The notes: a model not told the origin generated them from the letters alone. 64,000 nucleotides of DNA from Candidatus Aminicenantes bacterium (GCA_026393975.1 JAPKZD010000022.1:44483-108482); one strand, 5' to 3'. Shown: positions 18,985 to 28,617, numbered from the stretch's first letter. Program-made: numbers and translations.

Positions 18985-20271
18985 TCAGACCCAGCCGCGG
19001 TCCTTGCAAGCGTTGGCGACGCGGCTGACGGAAATGACATACGCGGCGTCGCGCATGTAGAGCTTGCGCGTCCGGGCCAGCTCGCTCACGGCCTTGAAGG
19101 CCGAGGTCATTTTGTCGTCGAGCCGGGTCAGGACCTCTTCCTTGGTCCAGAAGTAGTTCATGTTGCACTGGACCTGCTCGAAATAGCTGCAGGTGACCCC
19201 GCCGGCGTTGGCCAGGAAGTCAGGGATGACGAAGATGCCGCGGCTCTTGATGACCACGTCGGCTTCGGGGGTCGTCGGCCCGTTGGCGCCTTCGGCCATG
19301 ACCTTGACCCGGGGCGCGATCTTCTTCACGGTCTCGGCGTTGACCTGGTTTTCGAGGGCGCAGGGGAGGAGGATGTCGACGTCCTGCTCGATCCAGGCGT
19401 CGCCGGGGAGCCGTTCGTACTCGAGGGCCTCGGCCTTGGCCTTGTCGATGCCGCCGAAGCGGTCGGTGATGGCCCTGAGCTCCTCCAGGCTGACACCGCG
19501 CTTTTTCCGGTAGGTGTAGGAGGCTTGGTCGGCCTGGTCCCAACAGGCGACCGCGATGACCTTGCCGCCGAGCCGGGTGTAGAGCTCGATGGCGTACTGG
19601 GCGACGTTGCCGAAGCCCTGGACCGAGGCGACCGTCGTCTCGATCTTGATGCCCAGCTCCTTGAGCGCCTCGCGGACCGTGTAGATGAGGCTGTAGCCGG
19701 TGGCCTCGGTCCGGCCGAGAGAGCCGCCCATGCCCACGGGCTTGCCGGTGATGAAACCGGGGTACTTGGCGCCGTGGATCGTCTCGAACTCGTCCAGCAT
19801 CCAGAGCATGTGCTGGGGGCTGGTCATAACGTCGGGCGCGGGGACGTCGCGGAGGTGGCCGATGTCCTGGGCGATGGCCCGGATCCAGCCGCGGCAGAGC
19901 CGTTCCTGCTCGCGCGGGCTGAGGTCGTGCGGGTCGCAGATGACGCCGCCTTTGCCGCCGCCGAGCGGGATGTCGACGACGGCGCACTTCCAGGTCATCC
20001 ACATGGACAGGGCCCGGACGGTGTCGATCGTCTCCTGGGGGTGGAAGCGGATGCCGCCCTTGCAAGGGCCGCGGGCGTCGTTGTGCTGGCAGCGGAAGCC
20101 GCGGAAAACGCGGACGCTGTTGTCGTCCATGCGGACGGGGATCGAGAAATGGTACTCCCGCAGCGGCTGCCGCAGGAGGTCCCGGGTCGGTTGGTCGAGC
20201 TCGAGAAGGTCAGCGACAGTGTCGAACTGTTTCTGGGCCATCTCGAACGCGTTGAACCCTTTGGTGGCCAT
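18985..20271 (-). CDS. gdhA: Glu/Leu/Phe/Val dehydrogenase (glutamate dehydrogenase)
   Basis: [50 protein letters not shown]. Confidence 0.92.
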   Translation of the reverse strand: MATKGFNAFEMAQKQFDTVADLLELDQPTRDLLRQPLREYHFSIPVRMDDNSVRVFRGFRCQHNDARGPCKGGIRFHPQETIDTVRALSMWMTWKCAVVDIPLGGGKGGVICDPHDLSPREQERLCRGWIRAIAQDIGHLRDVPAPDVMTSPQHMLWMLDEFETIHGAKYPGFITGKPVGMGGSLGRTEATGYSLIYTVREALKELGIKIETTVASVQGFGNVAQYAIELYTRLGGKVIAVACWDQADQASYTYRKKRGVSLEELRAITDRFGGIDKAKAEALEYERLPGDAWIEQDVDILLPCALENQVNAETVKKIAPRVKVMAEGANGPTTPEADVVIKSRGIFVIPDFLANAGGVTCSYFEQVQCNMNYFWTKEEVLTRLDDKMTSAFKAVSELARTRKLYMRDAAYVISVSRVANACKDRGWV

Positions 20272-20346
20272 GAAAAGACTCCTTATGATATCGTGAAAAT
20301 CTGTTGACTTGCTTCAGACCGAAAGACCATGAAGCCGCAACAAAAA

Positions 20347-20375
20347 ATGATAGCCGAAGACAGGCCAAATAGCAA
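20347..20375 (-). promoter_or_regulatory. sigma70 promoter of gdh
   Basis: TTGCTA-17 bp-TATCAT on minus strand. Confidence 0.55.
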
Positions 20376-20421
20376 GTCCCGATGGCGGGTGTGCCGGGGG
20401 CGGGTCGGGGCCGCCTCCGGA

Positions 20422-20450
20422 TTGAAAAAGGCTGGGCTTCCGGCTAGGAT
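20422..20450 (+). promoter_or_regulatory. sigma70 promoter of amidase
   Basis: TTGAAA-17 bp-TAGGAT; AGGAGG RBS downstream. Confidence 0.55.
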
Positions 20451-20476
20451 AAGACGCGGTTTGGAAAGGAGGTCCC

Positions 20477-22234
20477 ATGAGCGAATACGACGAGCACGAG
20501 AAGGACGAACGGGCGGCCGTCAACCGGCGCCGGTTTCTCGGGTATTTCGCCGCGGCCGGCCTGGGGGGGACGCTCCTCCCCGGGGCCCTTCTTGCCGCGG
20601 CCCAGGACGCCTCCGAAATCACGCCCGGCATGGTCGCCGCGGCGGCGAAGATCGCCGGCGTCCCGCTCATACCCGAGGCTGAGAAGTCGATCGCCGACGG
20701 CCTGAACCGGCGCGGCGGCCTGCTTCAAGACTTCCAGGCCCTCAGGGAAATGGACCTGGGCAACGACACGCCGTCGGCCCTTGTCTTCAACCCCATCTTT
20801 CCCGGGACGAAGCTCCCGGCCGGGGTTTCCATGCTGAAGATATCCAAGGTCAAGGTCGCGGCGCCCCGGACCGACGAAGACCTGGCTTTTCTGCCGGTGA
20901 GCCATCTCGCCGCGCTCCTCAAGAAGCGCGAGATCAAGTCCGTCGACCTAGCCAAGCTCTGCCTGGAACGTCTCAAGAAATACGACCCTATCCTCCATTG
21001 TGTCGTCACGCTGACCGAGGACCTGGCTCTGGAGCAGGCGGCCCGGGCGGACAGGGAGATAGCGGCAGGGAGATACCAGGGACCTTTCCATGGTGTCCCC
21101 TGGGGTGCCAAGGATCTCTTCGCGGTTAAGGGATATAAGACGACCTTCGGCGCCTCGCCTTACAAGGACCAGGCGATCGACAGGAACGCCACGGTTTATG
21201 AGCGGCTGACCGAGGCCGGCGCCGTTCTCGTGGCCAAGCTGACCCTGGGGGCGCTGGCCATGGGTGACCGCTGGTTCGGCGGCCAGACGAAAAGCCCCTG
21301 GGACCCGACGAACCCCGGCCAGGGTTCGAGCGGCTCTTCGGCCGGGCCGGCCGCGTCCGTGGCCGCGGGGCTGGTTCCCTTCGCCATAGGTTCGGAGACG
21401 CGCGGCTCGATCATCTCGCCTGCGAGCCGTTGCGGTGTCACCGGGCTCAGACCCTCTTTCGGCCGCGTCAGCCGCTACGGCGCCATGGCCTTGAGCTTCT
21501 CCATGGACAAGATCGGACCGCTCTGCCGGACGGCCGAGGACTGCGCCGTCGTCCTGCACGCGATCCAGGGGCCTGACGGCCGGGACAACTCGGTGGTCGA
21601 TGTCCCCTTCGCCTGGGACGCCGGCCGCGACGTCCGCAAGCTCCGGGTCGGCTATCTCAAGTCCGACGTGGAAAAAGAGATCCCCGACGATCCGAAGAAT
21701 CCGGACAGGGTCCTGAGGATGAGAGAGACGCAGGCCTTCAACAAGGCCTCCCTTGAGATTCTCCGAGCGCTCGGCGTCAAGACGGTTCCGGTTGAGCTTC
21801 CGAAGATGGGTTCGGGGCCGATGGATTTCCTCTTGACCACGGAAGCGGCCGCCGCCTTCGACGGCCTCATCCGGAGCGATAGGCTCGATATGATGTCGGC
21901 CGAGCCGGAGCGCAGCGCTTGGGTCGGCTCCTTCCGGCAACATGAGTTGGTCCCCGCCGTACAGTACATCCAGGCCAACCGGGCCCGGTATCGTCTGATG
22001 GAAGCTTACCACGAATTCTTCAAAGATATGGACGTGCTCGTCGGGAGCGCGCTGGGACCGACGAACCTCACCGGACATCCCGAAGTGGCTTTTCCGCAGG
22101 GCTTCGACTCCAAGGGCCAGCCGGCCGTCCTGCGTCTGACGGGGCGGCTCTTCGGCGAAGCGGACATCCTGCTCCTCGCCCATGCCTTCCAGCAGAAGAC
22201 CGACTTTCACCTCAAGCGGCCGAAGCTCGATTGA
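20477..22234 (+). CDS. Tat-exported amidase-signature family enzyme
   Basis: NRRRFL Tat motif; GAKDLF, SSGSSAG, GSETRGSI (Ser-cisSer-Lys triad). Confidence 0.92.
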   Translation: MSEYDEHEKDERAAVNRRRFLGYFAAAGLGGTLLPGALLAAAQDASEITPGMVAAAAKIAGVPLIPEAEKSIADGLNRRGGLLQDFQALREMDLGNDTPSALVFNPIFPGTKLPAGVSMLKISKVKVAAPRTDEDLAFLPVSHLAALLKKREIKSVDLAKLCLERLKKYDPILHCVVTLTEDLALEQAARADREIAAGRYQGPFHGVPWGAKDLFAVKGYKTTFGASPYKDQAIDRNATVYERLTEAGAVLVAKLTLGALAMGDRWFGGQTKSPWDPTNPGQGSSGSSAGPAASVAAGLVPFAIGSETRGSIISPASRCGVTGLRPSFGRVSRYGAMALSFSMDKIGPLCRTAEDCAVVLHAIQGPDGRDNSVVDVPFAWDAGRDVRKLRVGYLKSDVEKEIPDDPKNPDRVLRMRETQAFNKASLEILRALGVKTVPVELPKMGSGPMDFLLTTEAAAAFDGLIRSDRLDMMSAEPERSAWVGSFRQHELVPAVQYIQANRARYRLMEAYHEFFKDMDVLVGSALGPTNLTGHPEVAFPQGFDSKGQPAVLRLTGRLFGEADILLLAHAFQQKTDFHLKRPKLD

Positions 22235-22282
22235 GGAGCGGCAGCCTCGGCCGCGTCCCCAGCTTTAAGACAAGAAACCCTA

Positions 22283-22326
22283 TTGACATCAATAAATGAC
22301 TAATATATAATATAGTTCATTAGTCA
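22283..22326 (+). promoter_or_regulatory. Consensus sigma70 promoter with overlapping TetR-type operator
   Basis: TTGACA(22283)-17-TATAAT(22306); inverted repeat TGACTAAT(22297)-N14-ATTAGTCA(22319). Confidence 0.85.
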
Positions 22327-22328
22327 CA

Positions 22329-22958
22329 ATGAGACAAATAGCCAGACGTGAAGACATTCGTGACCTGATTCTCGACGCCGTGGACATCCTTTTGGCCAAG
22401 TTCGGTTATAAGAAGATGACCATGGAGGACGTGGCCCGCCAAGTCGGGATCGGCAAGGGCACGATCTATCTTCATTTCCCGGGAAAAGAGGAGTTGATCC
22501 TGTCCCATATCGACCGCATCGCTGACAGGATTGTCGCCAAGCTCCGCGAGATCGCCGGCTCGTCCGACTCTCCCGACAGGCGCATCCGCAAGATGCTCGT
22601 CCATCGGGTCCTCTTCCGCTTCGATAGCGTCGCCCACTACTCCCAGAACCTCAGCGACCTTCTATCGTCGGTGAGGCCGGCGCTCCTAACCCGTCGTGAA
22701 GCGCATTTCGAAAAAGAGGCGGCTGTGATCGAGGATGTCCTCCGGGAGGGCGCCCGTCTTGGGTCCCTGGAATGCCCCGACCCCCGGACGACCTCCTTCG
22801 TGCTCATCCAGAGCACCAATTCCCTCCTGCCGTTCAGCCTTTCGGCCCGCGAACTGGGCCGGAGGGAAGAAGTGGAGGACCAGGTGACGCGCATCGCCGA
22901 CCTGCTCATCAAAGGTCTTCTCCCCTGTCCTTCGCGTCCGGCCAGCTGGACGCGATGA
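22329..22958 (+). CDS. TetR/AcrR family transcriptional regulator
   Basis: ILDA..GYKKMTMEDVARQVGIGKGTIYLHFPGKEEL HTH. Confidence 0.93.
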   Translation: MRQIARREDIRDLILDAVDILLAKFGYKKMTMEDVARQVGIGKGTIYLHFPGKEELILSHIDRIADRIVAKLREIAGSSDSPDRRIRKMLVHRVLFRFDSVAHYSQNLSDLLSSVRPALLTRREAHFEKEAAVIEDVLREGARLGSLECPDPRTTSFVLIQSTNSLLPFSLSARELGRREEVEDQVTRIADLLIKGLLPCPSRPASWTR

Positions 22959-22996
22959 CGCGGACACGCCTTCAAACGAACTCGGGTAGGTTCGAC

Positions 22997-23103
22997 ATGA
23001 CTAAAACGGCAGTCCGGTAGATACTCGCCATCGCCGCGTTGCTGGTGCTCTGGGGTTCCCCCGCCTTCGGCCAGGAGCCGAAGGCCCCGACCCTCTTCGC
23101 CGG
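22997..23103 (+). pseudogene. Remnant of a secreted-protein gene (signal peptide with in-frame TAG)
   Basis: MTKTAVR*ILAIAALLVLWGSPAFG-QEPKAPTLF then runs into the convergent gene. Confidence 0.45.
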
Positions 23104-23790
23104 TCAGGGCCGGCGGGCACCCATCGCCTCGAGGTCCACGTAGACCGTGGCGGCGAGGGCCGACGCCAGCGCCGTGTAGCGGTGGAGCTCGAACATGAAC
23201 TTCTGCCCGGCCGTGCGGAGAAGCGGGAGCATCGGCACGAGGGCGGACAGGGTCAGGAGGAAGCCGGCCAGGACGAATAACCAGAAGGCCGCGATCTTGA
23301 CCCGGGCCGCCGTGATGCCCATCTTCCTGGGGTCGAGAAGGGCCAGGCTCAGGTTGACCGGCTTGGGGACGGAGATGAAATTCCGGCCCTTGAAGATGAC
23401 GATGACGGCGAGGCAGGCCGCGAACAGGCCGCCGGCCATGACGTGGCCGACAAGGGGAAAACCGTAGAGTCCGCGCGGGACGAAAATGGCGAAGAAAAAA
23501 CCACTTGCCGCGAGGTAGGCGAAGCTTCCGTAAAAACCGACGAAAAGCCACTTCTCGAGGTCCGGCAGGCGCCACAACGGCAGGGCTTTGACGTAATCCC
23601 ACCAGTCTTTGGGCGAAGCCTTGCGGGCCGATTGGATCGTCCGGAGGGCCAGCCAGGCCAAGTACTTCTTGAAGATCTCGACGTAGATGATGGTCGACCG
23701 GGCCTCCTCTCTGGTCGTCCAGAAACGGTGGAAGGCGAGGCCGGCGAAAAGCCCCAGCGCCAAGAGGATGGTGATGATCGTGAACAGCAT
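23104..23790 (-). CDS. Membrane protein, cytochrome b-like
   Basis: About 5 TM helices with membrane-positioned His (GHVMAGGLF, ELHRY); follows multiheme cytochrome. Confidence 0.6.
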   Translation of the reverse strand: MLFTIITILLALGLFAGLAFHRFWTTREEARSTIIYVEIFKKYLAWLALRTIQSARKASPKDWWDYVKALPLWRLPDLEKWLFVGFYGSFAYLAASGFFFAIFVPRGLYGFPLVGHVMAGGLFAACLAVIVIFKGRNFISVPKPVNLSLALLDPRKMGITAARVKIAAFWLFVLAGFLLTLSALVPMLPLLRTAGQKFMFELHRYTALASALAATVYVDLEAMGARRP

Positions 23791-23795
23791 GGCTC

Positions 23796-26141
23796 TCACT
23801 TTTTCTCGAGGAAGCCGGCCAGGCGCCCGAGGAGGAGCAGGCCGGCCAGGAAGACGAGCGACCCGATGACGAAAGCGCAGACGGCCAGGACGACCTTGAA
23901 CAACGGCCGGGTGATGAAGGACAGCCCGAAGAACCTCTGGAAGATTCCGCCCAGGCCCATGAAGGAGGCGGCCGAGCGTTTCTCGACCTTCTTCGTCAGG
24001 AGCGGGCCCGCGCCCTTGAGCTTGGTGAAGAAAAAGTCCGAGCCGCCGCTGTGACAATCCGTGCAGCCGTTCCAGCCGAGCGACTGCTGGGCCGGCCGGA
24101 CGTTGTGGGCCAGGGGCCAGGTCACGGGCTCGGCCGCGGGATGAGCGCCGGCCGCGAGCTTTCCGTTCTTGTCGAGCCGGAACATCCGGCCCCCGGAGAT
24201 GTAGACGAAATCGGATTTTTCCCCTGATTTGGCGAGCGCCGCGAGAACGAGCGCGACCTGCTCCTCGGTCAGCGTTTGTTCTGTACCGGCTTTGGCCGTC
24301 ACCGTCCGGATGTCGAAGTCCGAGCCGAGCGGGGCCAACTTCCCTTCGGCCAGCCAGCCGGGTCCGGCCGCGCCGGCGAGCTCGGCCGGAGCGTCCGACA
24401 TGTCGAGGCCGCCGTCGACGAGCTTGTAGAGCGTCTTCTTGACGACGATGACCGGCTGGCCTGGCGCGCTGACGACCGTCCCCAGCGCCTGCAGGAACTC
24501 CTGGAACCTCGTTTCGACAGCCGGGTCCTTATCGGCCGCGGCCGGGTCGAAATCCGGCACGAGCGGCAGGACCTCGGCTCCCTTGCCGATGCCCCAGAAA
24601 GCCGGGGTTCCCGCCTTGGCTCCCGGGTGCTCCGCCGAGTCGATGCCGCCGTCCACGTTGGGAGAGAAGACGAACTTCCCCGAAACGAGGACGGGGATCT
24701 CGTCCTCGGCCATGACCTGGGTGAGGGCGACGAGGACTTGGCCGATGTGCTCTTCCGCCTTAAGGATATCGCCGGCCGCAGTTTCGACGTCGGACGGCTT
24801 GAGCGGCTTGACGTCTTTTCCTTCGAGCTTCGCCCAGAAGGCCGGCCAGACGAGCCTATTCGGGGCGATCTTGTGTCCGGCGCTCTTGGCGTAGACGGGC
24901 TCGACGACTGCGGGCATGTCCGTCGCCCATGTCGCGACGCCGTAGATGCCGAGCCGGTTGGCCCGCGAGGTCCTCCCCCGGGTGAAGCCCTCTTTCGGCT
25001 TGGGCCCGGAATGGCAGACCGTGCACGCGAGCCGCTTGAAGTGGACAAGAGGGATGCCGGTATGCTTGGGGAATGGCGCGCCGAGACGGCCCGGGACGAC
25101 GGACTTCTCGCCGGCCGCATTCTCGCCGAGATGGCAGCCTCGGCAGGTGAAGGACTCCGCGGTCCGGTTCCCCGTCTCCGCCGCCTCGCCTTCGTAGCCG
25201 CGGACGATGGCGTGGCCGAGGTCGTTCCGGTGGCAATCGGTGCACTTTAGTCCGGCCGTCGAGTGGACATCGGCGTCGGCGCTCCACTGGGTCTCGTCCT
25301 TGGCCGAGACCGAATGGCAGGCCAGACAGCGGTCGTCCGCCGGCTGGTAGTTGAGGTCGAAGAAGTAGCGGTGCTTGGAGTCGAAGTCGGCCGTCCTGTA
25401 CTTGACGGACGGGGCAACGGCCCACTCATGGTCGTCGAGGTTGGGCCCGTCGTAAACATCCCGCGTTTCGTTGAGCCGGGAGGCCATGCCGCCGACCTCT
25501 CCGACGCCGCCGGCCGCCGTGGCCGCCCAGCGCAGGTTCTCGCGGAGGACCTGTTTAGCCCATTCGCTATGGTCCTGGCGTCCCGACTTGTTGTGGCAGG
25601 CGAGGCAGTTGATTTCGGCCCGGCCGGAAACGCTCCAACGGGAGGCTCGGTCGGCCAGAACCCCCTCGTCTGACGGCTCGGCCGGGCCGCCGCCCGGGAG
25701 GTGCCGGCCGAAGAGAAGCGTAAAATCCCAGGCCGTGAGGCCCGCGGCCTTCGGGTCGTGACTTCCGGGCCATCTTCGGTACGAGAGGGGCAGGACGGTC
25801 CCCGTCTTCGGATCGACCTGGAGCCAGGGTTCGCCGGGCCGGCCGTTCTTTGTCGCGGTCATGGCGCCGAAGTGCCACCCGCCCTGGATCGTCTTGTAGT
25901 CGTGGCAGGGGCCGCAGGTGAAGCGGGCGGAATAGGGCAGGGGGTTCGTTTCCGTCGGGATGATGGGCTGGTCGTTCTCGTCGCGGAGCGGGATGAGGTG
26001 GGCCGGCGTCGTCCGGTTGCCGTCCCAGGCGGTCTTCTTCGCATCCTGGTCCGCAGCCGCGGCGGAACCGGCCGGGGCGAGGGCGAAAACGGCGAGCGCA
26101 AAGCCCAGGGCTCCGAGGACGAATCGTCCGTGGCGGCTCAT
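23796..26141 (-). CDS. Multiheme cytochrome c (7 CxxCH), signal peptide and C-terminal TM anchor
   Basis: CGPCH, CLACH, CLACH, CTDCH, CRGCH, CTVCH, CTDCH; ATGA-coupled to upstream oxidoreductase. Confidence 0.9.
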   Translation of the reverse strand: MSRHGRFVLGALGFALAVFALAPAGSAAAADQDAKKTAWDGNRTTPAHLIPLRDENDQPIIPTETNPLPYSARFTCGPCHDYKTIQGGWHFGAMTATKNGRPGEPWLQVDPKTGTVLPLSYRRWPGSHDPKAAGLTAWDFTLLFGRHLPGGGPAEPSDEGVLADRASRWSVSGRAEINCLACHNKSGRQDHSEWAKQVLRENLRWAATAAGGVGEVGGMASRLNETRDVYDGPNLDDHEWAVAPSVKYRTADFDSKHRYFFDLNYQPADDRCLACHSVSAKDETQWSADADVHSTAGLKCTDCHRNDLGHAIVRGYEGEAAETGNRTAESFTCRGCHLGENAAGEKSVVPGRLGAPFPKHTGIPLVHFKRLACTVCHSGPKPKEGFTRGRTSRANRLGIYGVATWATDMPAVVEPVYAKSAGHKIAPNRLVWPAFWAKLEGKDVKPLKPSDVETAAGDILKAEEHIGQVLVALTQVMAEDEIPVLVSGKFVFSPNVDGGIDSAEHPGAKAGTPAFWGIGKGAEVLPLVPDFDPAAADKDPAVETRFQEFLQALGTVVSAPGQPVIVVKKTLYKLVDGGLDMSDAPAELAGAAGPGWLAEGKLAPLGSDFDIRTVTAKAGTEQTLTEEQVALVLAALAKSGEKSDFVYISGGRMFRLDKNGKLAAGAHPAAEPVTWPLAHNVRPAQQSLGWNGCTDCHSGGSDFFFTKLKGAGPLLTKKVEKRSAASFMGLGGIFQRFFGLSFITRPLFKVVLAVCAFVIGSLVFLAGLLLLGRLAGFLEKK

Positions 26142-27511
26142 ACTTTGAACTGCTCCGGCCGGAAGTCCATGACCCGGCGGGCCTTGACGGCTTCGTTGGT
26201 CTTTAGCACGGCGACGCAGGATTCGTAGGCCACCTCGGCAGGGCAATTGAGGGGCGTGCCGCGTCGCACGGCGTCGAAAAAGTTCTCGAGGTGGGGCTGG
26301 TGGGCAGGCTTGGCCAGCTCGACCGGAAGAGGCCAGCGCCCGGCCTCGGCCGTCACTCGGACGTCGACGTAGACGTTCTTCGTCGTCGACTTCTGGATGG
26401 GCACGCTCTCGGACAGGAGGAGGCCGGCCTTCGCCAGGGAATTCCATTCCGGGGCATGGGGTTCGCGCATGGCCCAGTTGCCGCGCTGAGGGATCTCGGA
26501 CAGGACGAGCGAGCCGTTCTCGCCCATGAAGGTCTCGTAGAAGCCGCCGTGCTGGGTCGTCGTCTGGACCTGGTAGAAGGCCCGGGACGTTCCTTCCTTC
26601 GTCTCAAACTCGTAGATGGCCATGACATTGTCGTACCACTCCCAGTTCTTGTAGTAGTCGAGGCCGCCGCTGGCCACGACCGACTTGGGAGGCGTGCCGT
26701 GGACCCAGCTGAAGAGGTCGATCTGGTGGGAGCCCAGGTCGACCATCGGGCCGCCGCCGAACTTCTTGAAAAGACGCCAGTTACGGAACTCGGTCATGGA
26801 ACCGTAGCCGTACTTGTCCAGGGTGGCCTGGTCGATGACGTACTTTTCCGGCCAGCCGAGTAGGTCGGCTTTGGCCCGGTTCCACTGGGCGTAAGCGACG
26901 GTCACCCGGCCGAGGAGGCTGTGCTCGCGGATAAGGCGGTTGATGGCGTGGATGTAGCGCGGGTTGGAGCGGCGCTGGTGCCCGATCTGGAGGAGCTTGC
27001 CGGTCTCGCGGGCGGCCAGGACCATGGACCGGGCCTTGTCGAGCGAGTTGGACATCTCTTTTTCGCAGTAGACGTGGAGCCCGGCCCGGAGACAGGCGCC
27101 GGCCTGTTCGGCGTGGACCCAGTCGGGGGTGGCGACGACGGCCGCCTGGAGGCCTTTCTCCGCGGCCAGAAGCTCGCGGTAATCTTCGTAGACGTTGGCG
27201 ACATGGCCGTACTTCTTGAGGTAGTTGCCCGCGTACTGGCGGCTGTAGGACCAGATGTCGCAGATGGCCGCGATGCGGACCGACGGGATGCGCAGCATGG
27301 ACTCGATGAGGACGCGGCCCTGGGCGCCGCAGCCGATGACGGCGACCCGGAGCTCGTCGGCGCTTTTCGCGGCCGCGGGCGCGGCCTGGGATGGCGACTG
27401 GCCGAGGGCCGTCCCGGCCAGGGCGACGCCGAGGCCTGCCGTAGCCGAGGATTTGAGAAAATCGCGACGCGTGATCCGGTCTATCGCCGGCTTTTTTTCG
27501 GATATGCCCAT
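26138..27511 (-). CDS. Tat-exported Gfo/Idh/MocA oxidoreductase
   Basis: TRRDFL; IGCGAQG; TPDWVH; CEKEM variant of EKP; DLGSHQID. Confidence 0.92.
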   Translation of the reverse strand: MGISEKKPAIDRITRRDFLKSSATAGLGVALAGTALGQSPSQAAPAAAKSADELRVAVIGCGAQGRVLIESMLRIPSVRIAAICDIWSYSRQYAGNYLKKYGHVANVYEDYRELLAAEKGLQAAVVATPDWVHAEQAGACLRAGLHVYCEKEMSNSLDKARSMVLAARETGKLLQIGHQRRSNPRYIHAINRLIREHSLLGRVTVAYAQWNRAKADLLGWPEKYVIDQATLDKYGYGSMTEFRNWRLFKKFGGGPMVDLGSHQIDLFSWVHGTPPKSVVASGGLDYYKNWEWYDNVMAIYEFETKEGTSRAFYQVQTTTQHGGFYETFMGENGSLVLSEIPQRGNWAMREPHAPEWNSLAKAGLLLSESVPIQKSTTKNVYVDVRVTAEAGRWPLPVELAKPAHQPHLENFFDAVRRGTPLNCPAEVAYESCVAVLKTNEAVKARRVMDFRPEQFKV

Positions 27512-27515
27512 GAAA

Positions 27516-28556
27516 CTACTCCTGCCTCGGTTGAGGCCGACAGCGGCCGGCCAGGCCTTCGAGCTCCTTGCGGCTCTCCGGAGTGGTGATGAAAACGAGG
27601 ACGTCCTTCTCCCGGAGGACGGTGTCGGCCGGCGGGTTGAAGATGTAGCCCGGGCCGCCCTCGCGCTTGACGGCGACGAGGAGCGCTTCCCGCTTCTCGC
27701 GGATCGTCGTCTCGGCCAGGGTTTTTCCGGCCAGCATGGATCCGGGCTCGACGATGACTTCATCGACGCGGAAGGCCTTGTCCCTTTCCCGAAGCATCAT
27801 GTCGAGGAAGGTCACGGCGGCCGGCCGGACCAACTGGGAGACCATGCGCATGCCCCCGATGAACGTCGGCGAAACGGCGTAATCGGCGCCGGCCCGGACC
27901 ATTTTCTCGTGGGACTTGACGTCGATGCCCTTGGCCACGATGCGGATCTGCGGGTTGAGCTGGCGCGCGGTGACCGTGACGAAGAGGTTGGCCTCGTCGG
28001 TGGGCAGGGAGAGGAGGATGCCGCGGGCCCGCTCGATCCCGGCCTTCTTCAGCACTTCATCGTCGGCCGGGTCGCCTTCGACGAAGAGGAAGGTCGCCGC
28101 GGCCGCGAGCTTATCGATTTTGGCCCGGTCCGGCTCGACGACGACGAAATCCCGCTTCGTCGTGAGGAGCTCCCGGATGATGGTCTGGGCCGTCTCGTCG
28201 GCGCCGCAGACGATGTCGTGGCCTTTGAGCCGACTGATTTCCTTTTCCATCTTGCGCCTCCCCAGGATGCGTTTGAGCTCCCCCTCGACGACGAATGCGG
28301 TGATCGAGGTCACGGCGAAGGCAATCGTCCCCAGGGAGAGGATGATATAGGCCGCGGCGAAGACGCGGGCGGCCGGGTTTCCGCCGAGGTCGTGGGTTTC
28401 GCCGTAGCCGACCGTGCCGACGGTGATGACGGTCATATAGACTGCGTCGAGAAGGGACCACTCGGCGCCGCCGATCGTCTTGAAGCCGGCGACGCCGATG
28501 AGGAAGACGGTGACGAACAGCCCGAGGGAGATGAAGATGCGTTTGCGGCTGTCCAT
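27516..28556 (-). CDS. Potassium channel with TrkA-N/TrkA-C (RCK) domains
   Basis: 2-TM pore with TVGYG filter, then Rossmann-like RCK and TrkA-C. Confidence 0.92.
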   Translation of the reverse strand: MDSRKRIFISLGLFVTVFLIGVAGFKTIGGAEWSLLDAVYMTVITVGTVGYGETHDLGGNPAARVFAAAYIILSLGTIAFAVTSITAFVVEGELKRILGRRKMEKEISRLKGHDIVCGADETAQTIIRELLTTKRDFVVVEPDRAKIDKLAAAATFLFVEGDPADDEVLKKAGIERARGILLSLPTDEANLFVTVTARQLNPQIRIVAKGIDVKSHEKMVRAGADYAVSPTFIGGMRMVSQLVRPAAVTFLDMMLRERDKAFRVDEVIVEPGSMLAGKTLAETTIREKREALLVAVKREGGPGYIFNPPADTVLREKDVLVFITTPESRKELEGLAGRCRPQPRQE

Positions 28557-28580
28557 CGTGTTCCGGCGTCCGTCGCCCCG

Positions 28581-28609
28581 ATTATACGAAAGCGGCGGCG
28601 CTTCCGCAA
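28581..28609 (-). promoter_or_regulatory. sigma70 promoter for K channel-oxidoreductase-cytochrome unit
   Basis: TTGCGG-17 bp-TATAAT on minus strand. Confidence 0.6.
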
Positions 28610-28617
28610 GGCGGCGC

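Noticed and set aside
23018-23020. In-frame TAG as possible pyrrolysine or recoding
   Set aside because: It lies in a signal peptide of a truncated stub, no pyl genes are seen, and TAG is used as a normal stop elsewhere (e.g. 12424, 55750).
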